Of a DNA stretch of 50,181 nt, positions 8,593 through 18,657 are shown piece after piece. Where the stretch lies: positions 1-50,181 of the forward strand of contig DATNBK010000243.1 of assembly GCA_035571995.1 (NCBI GenBank), in the 5' to 3' direction. The DNA is from Rhodanobacter sp. Lineage in GTDB: Bacteria > Pseudomonadota > Gammaproteobacteria > Xanthomonadales > Rhodanobacteraceae. Position numbers and translations under genes: made by a program. How positions within the stretch are numbered: position 1 is the first letter of the stretch; each line of letters opens with the position of its first letter. A model generated the notes under the pieces. It searched no databases, was not told the origin of the DNA, and saw nothing but the letters and a program-made list of their open reading frames with translations.

Positions 8593-11469
8593 TCAGAACT
8601 TGACTGTGGCCCTGGCCCAGTAATAGCGGCCCAGCATGTCGTAGGTGTTGGTGTCGGTGTTGGTCGTGCTCAGCATGTTGTTCTGGTAGGTCAAGGGCGG
8701 GGCCTTGTCGGCCAGGTTGTCGACACCGACGTCGAAGCGGGTGTTGATTGCCGGCACGGCATAGCCGAGCTGGATCGAGTGGTAGAGCACCGATGCCATG
8801 GTGATATCCACGTTTGGCAGCTCGGCATCCGCGTTGCGCTCGGTGACGTGGTTGATGTAGCGCGTCTGGGTCTGGGCATTCCAGTTGCCGCGGGTCCAGT
8901 TCAGCGTCAGCGTGCCGCGCCAGCGGGCGATGTTGCCGAACTGCTGGCCATAGGTGCCCGCGTAATCGATCGACCGCGCCCCGGGCAAACCAGGGGTGGC
9001 GCTGTTCTTGTACGTGGAGGTGTAGCTGGTGTTGACGCCGACGCGGAAGTCGCCGGGATCGACGCTGCCGAGGTTGAAGTGCGGCACGTTGTAACGCAGG
9101 CTGTAGTCGATGCCACTGGTGCTGAGGTTGCCGAGGTTCACCGCGGGCGTGGCGATGTAGAAAATCTGCCCGGGTTGACGCGTGCTGGTGTCGTAGCGGT
9201 GGATGAACGGGCAGTATGGGCTGGAGTTGTTGTTCCAGCACGAATCCAGCACCGTGCTCGACTGGATCGTGGTCAGCGTGTTGAACAGGTAGATGTGCCA
9301 GAAGTCCAGCGTGGTGGAGAAGCCCGGCAGCCACTGCGGGTCGTAGACCAGACCAATGTCGATGGATTTGCCTTGCTCGGGCTTGAGGCTGGAACCGGCG
9401 GCAACCGCACCCGAGGTCCGCGTGGGCAACTGGAAGATGGCGTTGCCCGCCCAATTGACCGGCACGAACTGGCACGCCGCGCCGTGCGCCGCGAGCTCGG
9501 CCGCGGTGCGATGCGCGCAGGGGTCGTTCGCGCTCGGGCTGCTTGTCGCCAGGCCGTCGTAGAGCATGTGCAGGTTTGGCGCGCGAAACACTTCCGAGAC
9601 CGTGCCGCGCACGAGCAGGTCCGCAATCGGCTTCCATTCGATCGCAACCTTGCGGTTTGTCGTGGTACCAGAGGTGCTGTAGTCGGAGGTGCGGATGCCG
9701 AGGTCGAGGTTGAGGGAGTGCACGAGCGGCTTGTCCGCGAGTAACGGAATCAGCGTCTCGGCGTAGATCTCCTTCACGTCCAGGCTGCCGCGCCCGGGCG
9801 ATTGGCAACCGCCGACCGCGCAGGTGAGGGTCACCGGGTCAAGGATGGAACCCGCACTGACCGTGTAGTTCATCAGTTCCTTGCGATACAGGATGCCAGC
9901 GGACAACTGCATGGTGCCGGCGGGCAGGCTCCAGAGCTCGCCACTGGATTCGAATCGTGCTTCCTTGGTGGCCTGGGTCAAGACATAGCGGGGCGTCTTC
10001 TTCGTGCCGTCCAGCAGCTTGCTCACGGCCGGGTCGGCCTGGTTGAAGATGTTCGCGCCGTTGTTGACCGCGGCCTGGATCTCGCTGGCGACCAGGTTGC
10101 CCGGTTCGGTCATGGTGCGGTTCATGTGGCTGTAGTTGGCGGACGCGTCCCAGGTCCAGCTGCTCTCGCCGAAGGTGCCGCGCAGGCCGGTGTTGACCTG
10201 GCCGCTGTCCGTGACGAAGTTGTGTGTGCGCGGGCCGATACCGGTCAGACGGGTGCGGAACTGGTAGCCACTGTTCGGATCACCCGCAATCGGGTTGAGG
10301 CTGAAGGTGATCCCGAACGGGTTGATCGGGTTGCTGGCAAGAATGCTGAAGTTCTGGCTGGTGGTCAGCGGCACCGATGCGTCCTGGCCGGCTGATTGCG
10401 TATGGTTGTAGAACGCGTCGATGAATGCGCTGACGTTGTCGGTCAGGTTGTAGGTTCCCAGCACGAAGCCGTTCGTCCGCTGCTGCGCGGTCTGCAGGTA
10501 TCCCTGTGGTTGGTAGTTGAAGTTGTCGACATTGCCGTTGTAGCAGCGGTAGTCGTCCAGGCTCTGGCCGTCGCCCTGGAAGCGCGTGACGTAGGTCGTG
10601 CCGCTCGAGTTGATCTTGCAACCGTAACGGCCGGCGACGGATGCGGGCAGCTGGACGCGGCCGTTCGGGATGCTGCTCGACCCCGACTGGACGACCTGTC
10701 CGCCAGACAGGTACAGCACGGTGTCGGTATAGGGCCGCCGGGAATTCATGGAGGGCAGGTACTTGTTGTAGTCGACGCCGCCGACGATGCTGTACTTGTC
10801 GCCGGACTTGCCCGCGGTGAGGTTGAGGCCGTAGCGCTGCGAGTCGCCGTGGCTTGAGATGCCGCTGTCGGCACTGGCCTGCACGCCGCTGAAATCGCGG
10901 CGCAGGATGAAGTTCACCACGCCGCCAATGGCATCCGAGCCGTACACGGTCGAGGCGCCCTCGGCCAGGACGTCGGTGCGCTCGATCATGTTCTGCGGAA
11001 TCATGTTGAGGTCGGGGTTGGCCATGCGCTGTCCATTGACCAGGACCAGGGTGCGCTCCACGCCCAGGCCACGCAGCGAGACGCGCGAGGCGCCGTTGCC
11101 GGCCTCGTCGTTCGGGCCGGCGGCACCCCCACCATTGCTGTTGTTCTGCGGGTTGGTGGCCTTGCCGGAAATGTTGGGCAAGGCCTGCAGCACGTCGCCC
11201 AGGGTCGGCTTGCCGCTGGCGCTGATGGTCGAACGGTCCAGGGTCACTACCGGGCTCGCGGTTTCGATGTCGACACGGCGGATCAGCGAGCCGGTGACGA
11301 CCACGCCCTGCAGGTTGCGGGCTTCCGACGGTGCGGCGGGCTGGCTGGACTGTGGTGCGTCCTGCGCAGCCACGTCCTCCGCTGCCATGGCGACGCCCAT
11401 CATGCCCAGTGCGCCGGCCGACAACGCCAGACGCACCGCCAGGGAAAGACGTTTCATGTCGTGTTTCAT
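8593..11469 (-). CDS. TonB-dependent outer membrane receptor (958 aa)
   Basis: Signal peptide, TonB-box-like VVVTGSLIRR, plug motifs LRGLGVERTLVLVNGQR and GASTVYGSDAIGGVVNFI, C-terminal GRYYWARATVKF. Confidence 0.95.
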   Translation of the reverse strand: MKHDMKRLSLAVRLALSAGALGMMGVAMAAEDVAAQDAPQSSQPAAPSEARNLQGVVVTGSLIRRVDIETASPVVTLDRSTISASGKPTLGDVLQALPNISGKATNPQNNSNGGGAAGPNDEAGNGASRVSLRGLGVERTLVLVNGQRMANPDLNMIPQNMIERTDVLAEGASTVYGSDAIGGVVNFILRRDFSGVQASADSGISSHGDSQRYGLNLTAGKSGDKYSIVGGVDYNKYLPSMNSRRPYTDTVLYLSGGQVVQSGSSSIPNGRVQLPASVAGRYGCKINSSGTTYVTRFQGDGQSLDDYRCYNGNVDNFNYQPQGYLQTAQQRTNGFVLGTYNLTDNVSAFIDAFYNHTQSAGQDASVPLTTSQNFSILASNPINPFGITFSLNPIAGDPNSGYQFRTRLTGIGPRTHNFVTDSGQVNTGLRGTFGESSWTWDASANYSHMNRTMTEPGNLVASEIQAAVNNGANIFNQADPAVSKLLDGTKKTPRYVLTQATKEARFESSGELWSLPAGTMQLSAGILYRKELMNYTVSAGSILDPVTLTCAVGGCQSPGRGSLDVKEIYAETLIPLLADKPLVHSLNLDLGIRTSDYSTSGTTTNRKVAIEWKPIADLLVRGTVSEVFRAPNLHMLYDGLATSSPSANDPCAHRTAAELAAHGAACQFVPVNWAGNAIFQLPTRTSGAVAAGSSLKPEQGKSIDIGLVYDPQWLPGFSTTLDFWHIYLFNTLTTIQSSTVLDSCWNNNSSPYCPFIHRYDTSTRQPGQIFYIATPAVNLGNLSTSGIDYSLRYNVPHFNLGSVDPGDFRVGVNTSYTSTYKNSATPGLPGARSIDYAGTYGQQFGNIARWRGTLTLNWTRGNWNAQTQTRYINHVTERNADAELPNVDITMASVLYHSIQLGYAVPAINTRFDVGVDNLADKAPPLTYQNNMLSTTNTDTNTYDMLGRYYWARATVKF

Positions 11470-11603
11470 GTGTTTGGCCCTATCTGAGGATGGCTTGGAA
11501 ACGTGGGGTGGGTTTACACATCTAGGTCCTGCCGCGCGACAACCCCTCGCCTGGCATCTCCGCCGGTGTGGCGTGTCTTGCGGACAGTCGTTGTCGCCTG
11601 CGC

Positions 11604-11624
11604 CGAGCCCGCGTCACGGGCTCG
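11604..11624 (-). other. Stem-loop between M14 peptidase and TonB receptor genes
   Basis: CGAGCCCG-CGTCA-CGGGCTCG, a perfect 8-bp stem. Confidence 0.45.
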
Positions 11625-11650
11625 ACGATGACGGTGATGAGCGCTTTGCC

Positions 11651-14428
11651 TTACGGTTTTGCCGCTGGCGCATCCAGCTTGTCGAAGTTCAGGATCGCGT
11701 TGAACACCAGGGGATAGCTGCCGATCGTTTCCCCGCGCCAGAGCGGGTTGTTGGCAAACAGCAGCACATTGCCCTTGCCATAGCGGGCCTTGACCACAGC
11801 GGCACGTTCGGCCATTTCTCCGGCGCCCTCGATCAGCCCGGACAACAGCAGGCGCTTGGCCTCGGCGTAGCGCAGGATGACCTGCGGGCGCTGGTCGGCA
11901 GGAATCAGCCACAGGCTGTTGCGCTCCTGCTCCACGTTGAGCGGCAACGGCTGCCAGGGTTTGGCGTCCGGCAGCGCCGGCGGCGCGGCGAACGGCCGGC
12001 CTTCGGGGATATCGACATCATCCGGGCCGCCGCGGCCGGTGGGGCGCTTGTAGTCGGCGAGCGTCGGCAGGCCACGGTCGCCACCGGTCTGGTTGGACAC
12101 CATGAAGGACTGCCCACGGAAGCTGAAGACGGCCAGGTCATCACTGGTGTAGCCGGCGGCAATGGGATTGCTGCGGTCCACGAACTTCGCCTGCAGCACG
12201 CTGCCGATGACCTTGAGCTTGCTGGTCGGGGTAACGAACACGCCGGGCGCCATGCCGGTCTCGATGGCGAACTTGGCGGTGTTTTCCGAGGTGATCAGCA
12301 GGCCGCCGTCCTGGACGAACTTCTTCAGGCTGGCGAGACCGGCGAGCCCGAGCCCCGGGCGGATGTCATCAGTGGAAGCGATGCGCCCCAGGTTCGGCGT
12401 CAATGTGGTCTTCTTCCACGGGATTGGACTGCCATACATTGGCAGGCCGTCGACGATCATCTGCGTGGTGACCTGCTGACGCGCGACGCCGCTGACCGGA
12501 CCAAACAGGATCACGTCGTACTTGGCGCGCAGGTTGCCGATCTTCGCCACATCCTGGGTGCTGATGTAGTCGAAGGGGATCTTCATCTCGTCCAGCGCCA
12601 TGCGCCACCAGCCCTCGGTCTGCGTGCCGAGCCAGGTGTGCATGAGCGCGATGCGCGGCAGTTTGGCGGCGGGCATGTCGATGCTCGCCAGGCCCGCGGG
12701 CACGGCGACCGGCCCTGCGACCGCAGTCATCGGCGCCTGCAGGATGGCCGGATCGGTGACGCGTGCCAGCTGCACATGGAACAGGTCGCCCATCGACCAG
12801 CCCGTATCGTCGAATGGTGTCTTCTGCGGGTCTTCGGGGGCCCAGTACTGGCGGTCGAGCAGAGTGTCGGCGATGCGCGAGTACGGCTGGTCCATGCGCA
12901 CCACATAGCTGCCCGCCGGGAAGGTCTGCGTGGCCCCGGCAGCGGTCTGCGCACTGCCGCTGGAGGTCGCGACCTTGACCGTGACCGGCGCGGTGGTGCG
13001 CTGGATCTCGACATGCTGGCGCTGCATCACGCGCAACAGCTGGGCCTGCGCGCCCTTGCGCGGGTCCTGGGCGGAAAGCACATAGGCCGCCGGTCCGGCG
13101 TTCTGCGGCTTCTCGATGGAGCGCTTGGCCTTCAGGTAGAAGTTCTTCAGGAACAGCGGCGTGTTGTTGGAGAAATAGCTGAGCGTGGTCAGCAAACCGG
13201 TCTGCTCGTAGTTGTTGTTGTTGCGCTGCGACCACATCACCTCTGGCAGGGGCGGGTTGGAGCGGTACCAGGTGCGCGAGTACTGGTCGGGGTTGAGGAT
13301 GCGCTTCACCGTGTCCGCGCCATCGTTGCCGAAGGTCTCGTACAGGCGGCTGATGCCGTTGTGGGTGGCGGCAATGAACATCATGTAGCCGGGGCTCCAG
13401 GTGTCGAACACGCCGTGTGCAAACGCGCCGGGCATGCCGAACTTGGTCAGCTCCTGCATGTTGCTCCAGCCAAGCTGGCGCCATTCGCCGGTCAGGATGG
13501 GATCGATCCAGGCGTTGTAGGGACCGGCACCGATCGTGTTGTCGTAGAGGAAGGGCACCGACTCGTGCAGGTCGTGCAGCACCTGGGCATGCCAGCCGAT
13601 GAAGGTGTCGGCGACATAGCGGGTCAGGTTCAGCGACATGGCCATGGCGTCGCGGTTGTTGTCATGGGCGACGTAGTGTCCCCAGTACAACAACGGCGGA
13701 TAGGTCTTGCCGGGGTTGGCCAGGTGCCAGTTGTAGACATCGACCTTGCGGTCGCGGCCGTCGACCTCGACCACCGGGGTGATCAGGGTGATGACGTTCT
13801 TGCGGATGTGCTGGATGTAGGGCGCGTCATCCACCGCCAGCCGGTAGGCGAGCTCCATCAGTGCCGTGGGCGCGCCGGTCTCCGGCGAATGCATGGTGCC
13901 GGTGATGTAGTACACAGGCTTGCTCTGCGCGATGAGCTGGTCGGCCGTGGCGTCGTTCATGCCGATGCTGCGCGGATCGGCGAGTTTCGCCAGGCGTTGC
14001 CCGTTGGCCTCCAGGTCGGCGAGCAAGGCCTCGTCGGCCACCGCCACGGCAATCGCCTCGCGGCCTTCCTCGCTCTTGCCGATGGTGAACACCCTCACCC
14101 GCGGGCTCGCGGCCGCGAGGGCGCGGAAATACTTGTAGACATCGGCCGAGTACGGCAGGTAGTCCGGTGCGCCTGCAATGTGGCCGAGGACTTTTTCCGG
14201 GGTCGGCACGGTCGCCGAGGCGGGAAGGTAGTTGGTCAGCGGCGAGTTGAATGCCGGGTCGGTGGTGAACTTCCCGATCTGCGCCGTGTACCCCTCATCG
14301 ATCGCCTGTCCCGGCGCCCGCGCGTAGGCCGCCGCTCCGTCAGGTGCCACGGTTTCGATGGCGCCGGCCTGCGCGGCCAAGCCGCATGCAAACAAGAGTA
14401 CCGCTACCTTTCGACTCGCTGGTCGCAT
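11651..14428 (-). CDS. Secreted M14 family zinc carboxypeptidase-like protein with C-terminal GATase-like region, ~925 aa
   Basis: Signal peptide (..LLFACGLAAQAGA). Zn motifs MHSPE (HxxE), DNNRD and HDLHE. Start placed at ATG 14428 (alternatives 14434, 14443). Confidence 0.8.
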   Translation of the reverse strand: MRPASRKVAVLLFACGLAAQAGAIETVAPDGAAAYARAPGQAIDEGYTAQIGKFTTDPAFNSPLTNYLPASATVPTPEKVLGHIAGAPDYLPYSADVYKYFRALAAASPRVRVFTIGKSEEGREAIAVAVADEALLADLEANGQRLAKLADPRSIGMNDATADQLIAQSKPVYYITGTMHSPETGAPTALMELAYRLAVDDAPYIQHIRKNVITLITPVVEVDGRDRKVDVYNWHLANPGKTYPPLLYWGHYVAHDNNRDAMAMSLNLTRYVADTFIGWHAQVLHDLHESVPFLYDNTIGAGPYNAWIDPILTGEWRQLGWSNMQELTKFGMPGAFAHGVFDTWSPGYMMFIAATHNGISRLYETFGNDGADTVKRILNPDQYSRTWYRSNPPLPEVMWSQRNNNNYEQTGLLTTLSYFSNNTPLFLKNFYLKAKRSIEKPQNAGPAAYVLSAQDPRKGAQAQLLRVMQRQHVEIQRTTAPVTVKVATSSGSAQTAAGATQTFPAGSYVVRMDQPYSRIADTLLDRQYWAPEDPQKTPFDDTGWSMGDLFHVQLARVTDPAILQAPMTAVAGPVAVPAGLASIDMPAAKLPRIALMHTWLGTQTEGWWRMALDEMKIPFDYISTQDVAKIGNLRAKYDVILFGPVSGVARQQVTTQMIVDGLPMYGSPIPWKKTTLTPNLGRIASTDDIRPGLGLAGLASLKKFVQDGGLLITSENTAKFAIETGMAPGVFVTPTSKLKVIGSVLQAKFVDRSNPIAAGYTSDDLAVFSFRGQSFMVSNQTGGDRGLPTLADYKRPTGRGGPDDVDIPEGRPFAAPPALPDAKPWQPLPLNVEQERNSLWLIPADQRPQVILRYAEAKRLLLSGLIEGAGEMAERAAVVKARYGKGNVLLFANNPLWRGETIGSYPLVFNAILNFDKLDAPAAKP

Positions 14429-14856
14429 GATCATCCCCACCATGTCAAATGAACGCCCCGATCGTTCCATTCGTTTGTACATGATGGGTCTGCATCATGA
14501 AAGGTGCGATGCAACACTTGTGTGTAGACATATCATGCAACTGGACGGGCCGTGGGTGTGGCAGTCTGGACGTCCGTTTCGACAAGGATGAGCTGTGGTT
14601 GCGCGCCGCCCCGTGTCGCGCCGGCCGGGCCTCCAATTCGCGTGTGGGAGCCACGTTTGCCTGCCTTCGCCGGTGTACCGACGCGGCCCAGCTCGCGGAT
14701 GGCAGCGGCCGCGCAGCGCGAGGCGATGTCGGGGTGGCAGGTGCTTCCGAGGAGGGTGCTGCTGGTGCAAGCGCTGTGTCAGGCGCGGGTGTGGTGAATT
14801 GTCGCAGGGTGACCACTGGCCCTTGCCGGCAAATCGCGACAAGGCGAGGCCACGGT

Positions 14857-17800
14857 TTACTTCTCGATACGGTAATTAAAGCTGGCGCGGCTGAATTCCG
14901 TGGCTTGCTGCGCCTCGAAATTCCAGCGGTGGCTCAAGCGGTAGCGTAGAGAGATCACCTGGCCGGGCTCGAACAAGCCGACGCCGTAACTGAGGTACAG
15001 CCGCGGCGACAGGTATTTGCCGACGGTGAAGGCGGAGGTGCCGCCCAGCGCCTCGTTGCTGGATACCCCGATGTCGTCCACACCGATCTTGGAGCCCACG
15101 CTCTTGGCCAGCAGGTCGCCGGCAGCCGAGCCGAGCGCCTGCGCGGCAGCGCCGACCATGTTGCCTTCGCCTCCCTTCACCTGCGACAAGGGCTTGCCGG
15201 TGACGAGGTAGGACAGCGCATCGGATTGCTCCATCACCGGGTTGGAGAACACCGTGAGGATGGGTCGCTGCGCGGTGCCGGAGACCAGCAGGCCGACTTC
15301 CTGGCCCTCGTCGATGGTGGCGTTTGGATTGAGTTTGCGCACCGCGCGGATGTTGAGTCCAGGATTGTCGATTGGCGTGCTGGCAAACAGCAGTTGGCCG
15401 CGCTGGATGTGCAGGTTCTGGCCGTAGGCCCTGTAGGTCCCGTCCACAGCGATCTGGCCTTGGCCGGTGGTGTCGCGGCCGGGCCGCTCGTCAACTGTCA
15501 GCACGCCGCTGAGACGGCCGTCCAGGCCCATGCCGACCAGGTGCGTGCGGCGGCCCAGCTCGACCTTGACCTGGGCGCTGATCGGCAGGGCAGCGCCCGC
15601 CTGCTCCCGCTGCTTTTCGTCCACCACCACCACGTCGGGCGAGGGCCTCACGGAGCCGGCACCCGGCAGTTTCTCCAGGTCCACGTCGGCGCTGTCCAGC
15701 GCCACCGTGCCGCTGATGTTGATGCCCTTGGCGTCCTGGCGGATGACCAGGTCAGGCGAGACCACCACGTCCGCGGCGGGAATGTCGGCCGCGGTGAAGG
15801 CGCTGCCCTTGAGCGTGATCGCGGTCTGCCCGCTGGCGCCGAGTCCCGCACTGCCGGCGACCGTGAGCGTGCCCTTGCCCGACTGCACGCTGCCGTCGAT
15901 CTGGAACTCGCGGGCGTCGCTGGTGGCGATGGCGAGCTGGCCCTGGGTCAGCTTGAGGCCCGCCGAGGGCACCTCGGCGGCGAAGCCATCGACCCTCGCT
16001 TGGCCGGTGATGGCCGGTTGGGCCAGGGTGCCTGCAAAGTGGAAGTTGCCGTCGAGATTGCCCTTCACGTTCGCCAACTCGGCGGTCAGCAACTCCAGCG
16101 GCGCCAGGCTGTCCAGGTGCAGCGCGAGCTGGCCGGCGAGAACGCGCTGGGCACCGCTCACACTGACCTGGCCGTCCAGACGGCCGCCATCGTCGAGGCT
16201 GGCGTGTGCGCTGAGCACTTGCCGCTGCGGCCCGAGTTCGGCGTTGACGGCAAGGTCGCGCCAACCAAGCAAGGGGCGGTCGGCGCGGTCGACATAGGTG
16301 ACCGTGCCGCGGCTGGAGGTGATCGATGCCGTGCCGCTGAGCGTGCCCCCGGCGGTGCGCCGTATCTCGCCACTGCCTTCGAGGCTGCCGTCGGCGCGCA
16401 TCGGCAGGTCAGCGTAGCCGCTGGCGTTGAGCAGCAGGGCCACGGGCATGGCTTGCATGCGGTAACTGGCGTCCAGATTGCCGGTCCGGTCCCGGGTCGC
16501 GGCGACGCACAGCAACGGTTCCCCCGCGCTCAGGCACAGCTCGGACAGTGAAAGCGCGCCGCGGTCGTAGGCCAGTTGCGCCGGCTGCTGCAGGCGCCAG
16601 CGCGGTAACCCTTGTGGTTCCAGCTCCAACGTGGACAAGGTGCCATGCCACGCCTGGCCCTTGAGGCTGCCTTCGAGGGCAAGATCCCCGGACAGCTGCG
16701 TGCCGCGCGCTTCAAGCCGCAGGTTGTGTCGCACCTCGGTGCCGTCGCCGTCGAGGCGGATGTGCTGGAACGCCAGCCCCGCGGTGTGGACGCCCGTGGC
16801 CGCCAGGTCGAGCTTGCCGGCGGGTTGGCTGATGTCCGGCACGTGCATGGCCAGTTGCAGGCTGTCGACCGTGTTGGCCTGGTAGGCCAGCGCCCGGCCG
16901 CGCAGTTCGCCGTCGACGCTGAGCTTCGGCGGCAGGCCGCGGATGTTGAAATGGCCGTCCAGATGCCCGCTGGCATCCGGCAGCCAGTCGCCGAGCGAGG
17001 CGATTGCCAGTTCGAGGTCGATGTCGTTGCGCTGGCCAGGTTTGGCAACGAGGCTCACCGTGCTGTCGCCAGAAGCGAGTTCAAGCCTGCCGTCGAGCAC
17101 CTGGCTCGGCGCCAGGTGCAGCTTGCCGCTGCCACGCAGCGCGCGATTGCGCAGGCGCCCGTGGAGCTTGCGTATCTCCAGGCTGGCATCGGGCTGGCCC
17201 TGGGGCAGCGTGCCCTGGCTGGCGATATCGGCGTCGAGGGCACCGTTCCAGCCGGCAAACAACTGGCCAGGATCGAGGCCTTGCGCGGTGGCTTCGAGCT
17301 GCCAGCCCAGCACCGGCTGCAGGGTCAGCACGCCCTGCGCCTGCAGCCCGCCCCGCGGCTGCTGCAGCGCCAGCGTGTGCAGGGTGATGGCCTGCTGCGT
17401 GCCGTCCAGGTTCACCGTGAGCTTGGCTGGTTTTCCCGGTGGGCCAAGGTCGACGTCGCCCTCGGCGTGGAACTGTCCAACGCTGCCCTTGGCTTGCAGA
17501 CTGCCCTGGCTGGCCAGCGCCTGGCCGACGAGCTCAGGCGGCAGCAGCAGATCCTTCCAGCGGATCGCCAGGTCGCCACTGACCGGCTTGGCATCGAGTT
17601 GCACCGTGCCGGTGGCTTGCACCTGGCCGCGGATCTGCGGCGAGCCGAGCGCCAATTCATCCAAGTGCAGCGTGCCAAAGCCGTCGCTGAGGCGCGCACG
17701 CAAGGGTTGCAGCAGCAACTGGTAGTCGTTGAGGTTGACCGTGCCACGCAAGGTGCCGCCGTGGCGGTCGCCACGGCCTTGCAGATTGGCGCCAAGCGCG

Positions 17801-18654
17801 GTCAGCGCGCTGTCGCCAAGCAGGGGCTTGGGGTCGAATTTCGGCGCCAGCAGCGTCGCCGTCCACGGATATGGCGCCTGCTGCGTGAGGTCCAGTTGCA
17901 GGGAGGCGACCATGGGCAGCTTCAACGCCAACGCGGCATGGCCTTGGCGCCCGTCGCTGCGGCCGGTGAGCTTGCCGGCGTAGTCGGTGCCCGCGAGCTT
18001 CCAGGCGAAGTCGATGCTGCCCGTGCCCTGCTTGTGCGTGCCAATCACCAAGCGGCCGTCGAGGTCGGCGTGGCCGTCTGGAGCGCGCAGGGCGAGCCGC
18101 CGCAGCGTGATACCGTCCGCGGTCCAGCTTCCCGCGAGCGCGAGGCTGTCGGAGATGAAAAGTGGCTTGCCGTTCCGGATGACTTCGACCCTGCCGACTT
18201 GCGCGTCGTCGAGCACCAGGTCCACCGGCGGGCTCAACGAAAAGCTGCTGCCGCCATTGTCCGGTGGCGCCTCGGTGGCAGCTGGCAAGGCCACGTGCAC
18301 GTCATCCGCCCGCAGCGCGAGCACGTGCACGCGCCGCGCCAGCAGCGGCCAGAAACGCAGGTCCAGGTGCAGCTTGGCGACGCGCACGTCCAGGCCCTTG
18401 CCGTCGGCGTAGCGCACGCCGGCAAGGTCGAGCGGGCCGATCAGCCGCCCTTGCGCCTGCTGCACGCTGACCGCGCCGTCGGTCAGGCTGTTCACACGTG
18501 CCAGGGCGAAGCGCAGCCCGGCGCCGGTGCCCAGCAGCCACCACGCGCTGGCAGCCAGCACGACCAGCAGCGCCAGCACGACTCCGCCAAGCCAGCGCAA
18601 CCAGCGGCGGCGGGGACGGGATGCCTGGGCGGCAGTGTGGTCGTTCGCGTCCAT
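14857..18654 (-). CDS. tamB: Translocation and assembly module TamB
   Basis: N-terminal membrane anchor, long beta-rich body and C-terminal DUF490-like VGKYLSPRLYLSYGVG. Directly downstream of tamA. Confidence 0.92.
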   Translation of the reverse strand: MDANDHTAAQASRPRRRWLRWLGGVVLALLVVLAASAWWLLGTGAGLRFALARVNSLTDGAVSVQQAQGRLIGPLDLAGVRYADGKGLDVRVAKLHLDLRFWPLLARRVHVLALRADDVHVALPAATEAPPDNGGSSFSLSPPVDLVLDDAQVGRVEVIRNGKPLFISDSLALAGSWTADGITLRRLALRAPDGHADLDGRLVIGTHKQGTGSIDFAWKLAGTDYAGKLTGRSDGRQGHAALALKLPMVASLQLDLTQQAPYPWTATLLAPKFDPKPLLGDSALTALGANLQGRGDRHGGTLRGTVNLNDYQLLLQPLRARLSDGFGTLHLDELALGSPQIRGQVQATGTVQLDAKPVSGDLAIRWKDLLLPPELVGQALASQGSLQAKGSVGQFHAEGDVDLGPPGKPAKLTVNLDGTQQAITLHTLALQQPRGGLQAQGVLTLQPVLGWQLEATAQGLDPGQLFAGWNGALDADIASQGTLPQGQPDASLEIRKLHGRLRNRALRGSGKLHLAPSQVLDGRLELASGDSTVSLVAKPGQRNDIDLELAIASLGDWLPDASGHLDGHFNIRGLPPKLSVDGELRGRALAYQANTVDSLQLAMHVPDISQPAGKLDLAATGVHTAGLAFQHIRLDGDGTEVRHNLRLEARGTQLSGDLALEGSLKGQAWHGTLSTLELEPQGLPRWRLQQPAQLAYDRGALSLSELCLSAGEPLLCVAATRDRTGNLDASYRMQAMPVALLLNASGYADLPMRADGSLEGSGEIRRTAGGTLSGTASITSSRGTVTYVDRADRPLLGWRDLAVNAELGPQRQVLSAHASLDDGGRLDGQVSVSGAQRVLAGQLALHLDSLAPLELLTAELANVKGNLDGNFHFAGTLAQPAITGQARVDGFAAEVPSAGLKLTQGQLAIATSDAREFQIDGSVQSGKGTLTVAGSAGLGASGQTAITLKGSAFTAADIPAADVVVSPDLVIRQDAKGINISGTVALDSADVDLEKLPGAGSVRPSPDVVVVDEKQREQAGAALPISAQVKVELGRRTHLVGMGLDGRLSGVLTVDERPGRDTTGQGQIAVDGTYRAYGQNLHIQRGQLLFASTPIDNPGLNIRAVRKLNPNATIDEGQEVGLLVSGTAQRPILTVFSNPVMEQSDALSYLVTGKPLSQVKGGEGNMVGAAAQALGSAAGDLLAKSVGSKIGVDDIGVSSNEALGGTSAFTVGKYLSPRLYLSYGVGLFEPGQVISLRYRLSHRWNFEAQQATEFSRASFNYRIEK

Positions 18655-18657
18655 CGC

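Noticed and set aside
10859-14452. 1197-aa plus-strand ORF
   Set aside because: Antisense shadow of the TBDT and M14 genes with no recognisable motifs. Long shadow ORFs are expected with high-GC codon bias.
14445-14949. Several short ORFs in the M14-tamB intergenic region
   Set aside because: Low-complexity Arg/Ala/Pro translations with no motif or clear RBS support.
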